Source: Octopus sinensis
Taxonomy: Eukaryota
Reading direction: 5' to 3'
DNA length: 64,000 nucleotides
Assembly (NCBI RefSeq): GCF_006345805.1
Contig: NC_043002.1
Location: 56,296,001-56,360,000 of the forward strand
The notes below the pieces were generated by a model. It was not told the origin of the DNA and searched no databases. It saw only the letters and a list, made by a program, of their open reading frames with translations. Positions 63,017-64,000 of this stretch are shown piece after piece. The position numbers and the translations under genes are program-made. Each line of letters opens with the position of its first letter. Position 1 is the stretch's first letter.

Positions 63017-64000
63017 CTGACCAAATAAGAGAGAGAAATAGCATTTTTGAGTTATGTATCTATTTTGGGTGCACACACACACACATTCTACATACGAATG
63101 CAGCCTAGATTCAACAGTACATTTGAGCTCAAAAGATAAACGCGGTGACAGTTTTGTGTATAAGATTTACAACCTAATTGGTTTTTGTGATATCTATTTT
63201 TATTTATGATATTAACTGAACAAATTGGAAAATATAATCGGAGGGATTTGGAATAATAAAGATATTTAAAAAAAAAAAGTCAAATGAAATTCTAGTGTTG
63301 TAACTTAAAATTCCTGAAATCAAAACAGGCTTAATTTCTCAGTCGCAATTGAATCAGGCGTTACAATAACATACTTTCTCTTTCATAATACCTTTTTAAA
63401 AACTGGAGTCAACAACTCGTTTATTTACTAACTAAAAAATAAAGCTTATGTACACCCCCCCCCCAATCCAGCCTTCCGGGAAAAAAAAAAAACATCAACC
63501 ATACGATGTTTAAAAAATCAGCAGTTTACGCAGGAAGGGAAGATTATTTAATTAACTGGTTCACCTTAGGGAATTCTATATAGAAATGAAAGCAGGATTA
63601 ATAGGTAAAATATAATATACGAGACACTAGTCGGAAGAGGATTACGAAAGAAAAAGTATGTTGTTCGGATAAAGATTTTGAAAACATGAGGAAGAGGCAA
63701 CAGAAAGCCTAACTGCTTACCGATTCTACAGTTAGTTCCTCTCCTTGGAAAGGAAGTTTAGTAAATAAGTTGAAAGCCCTATTGACATATACAAGGTGCG
63801 TGGATAATCTAAACATACATCTTTTGATGACTTAACCAGAATGAAAGGGATATCCTCGTTAAGTTTTTGTTACTTAACAGTCAAACCCAACAATAGAGCT
63901 AAGTTTCCTGCAATTATACAAAGACATACAACCAAGTTAATGGATAAAATACCGAAACAAAAAATAAATATGTAGGTTTGTTTATACGATGGTACTTTTA

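Overview
Eukaryotic, AT-rich, repeat-dense genomic DNA. The SINE/LINE repertoire strongly resembles octopus (coleoid cephalopod) sequence; this is an inference from repeat families. The one confidently identified gene is UBXN7 (p97/VCP adaptor, UBA-like N-terminus) on the minus strand. Its exon 1 (38646-38709), exon 2 (6991-7141) and exon 3 (232-299) splice in frame with canonical GT-AG sites. Intron 1 is 31.5 kb, intron 2 is 6.7 kb, and the gene runs off the left edge. Upstream on the same strand are orphan exon candidates (62962-63016, 46697-46866, possibly a 21-nt microexon at 41239-41259). They join in frame into an unrecognised N-terminus ending in a signal-peptide/TM-like segment, and I cannot place its continuation. 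The rest is mostly mobile DNA: RTE and RTE-X-like LINE fragments, roughly 25-30 short LINE 3'-tail copies, three tRNA-derived SINE families, piggyBac derivatives and TTAA MITEs, hAT MITEs, Helentron-type HINEs, a Penelope GIY-YIG remnant and microsatellites. The most notable structures are the orphan exon chain, a ~910-bp near-perfect fold-back inside UBXN7 intron 1, a second promoter-like CpG-retaining zone in that intron, a split HINE bracketing ~1 kb, a composite piggyBac/MITE array and a C/D snoRNA-like motif set. There is no CRISPR array, rRNA or true tRNA gene. All counts are by hand, repeat boundaries are approximate, and no database search was run.
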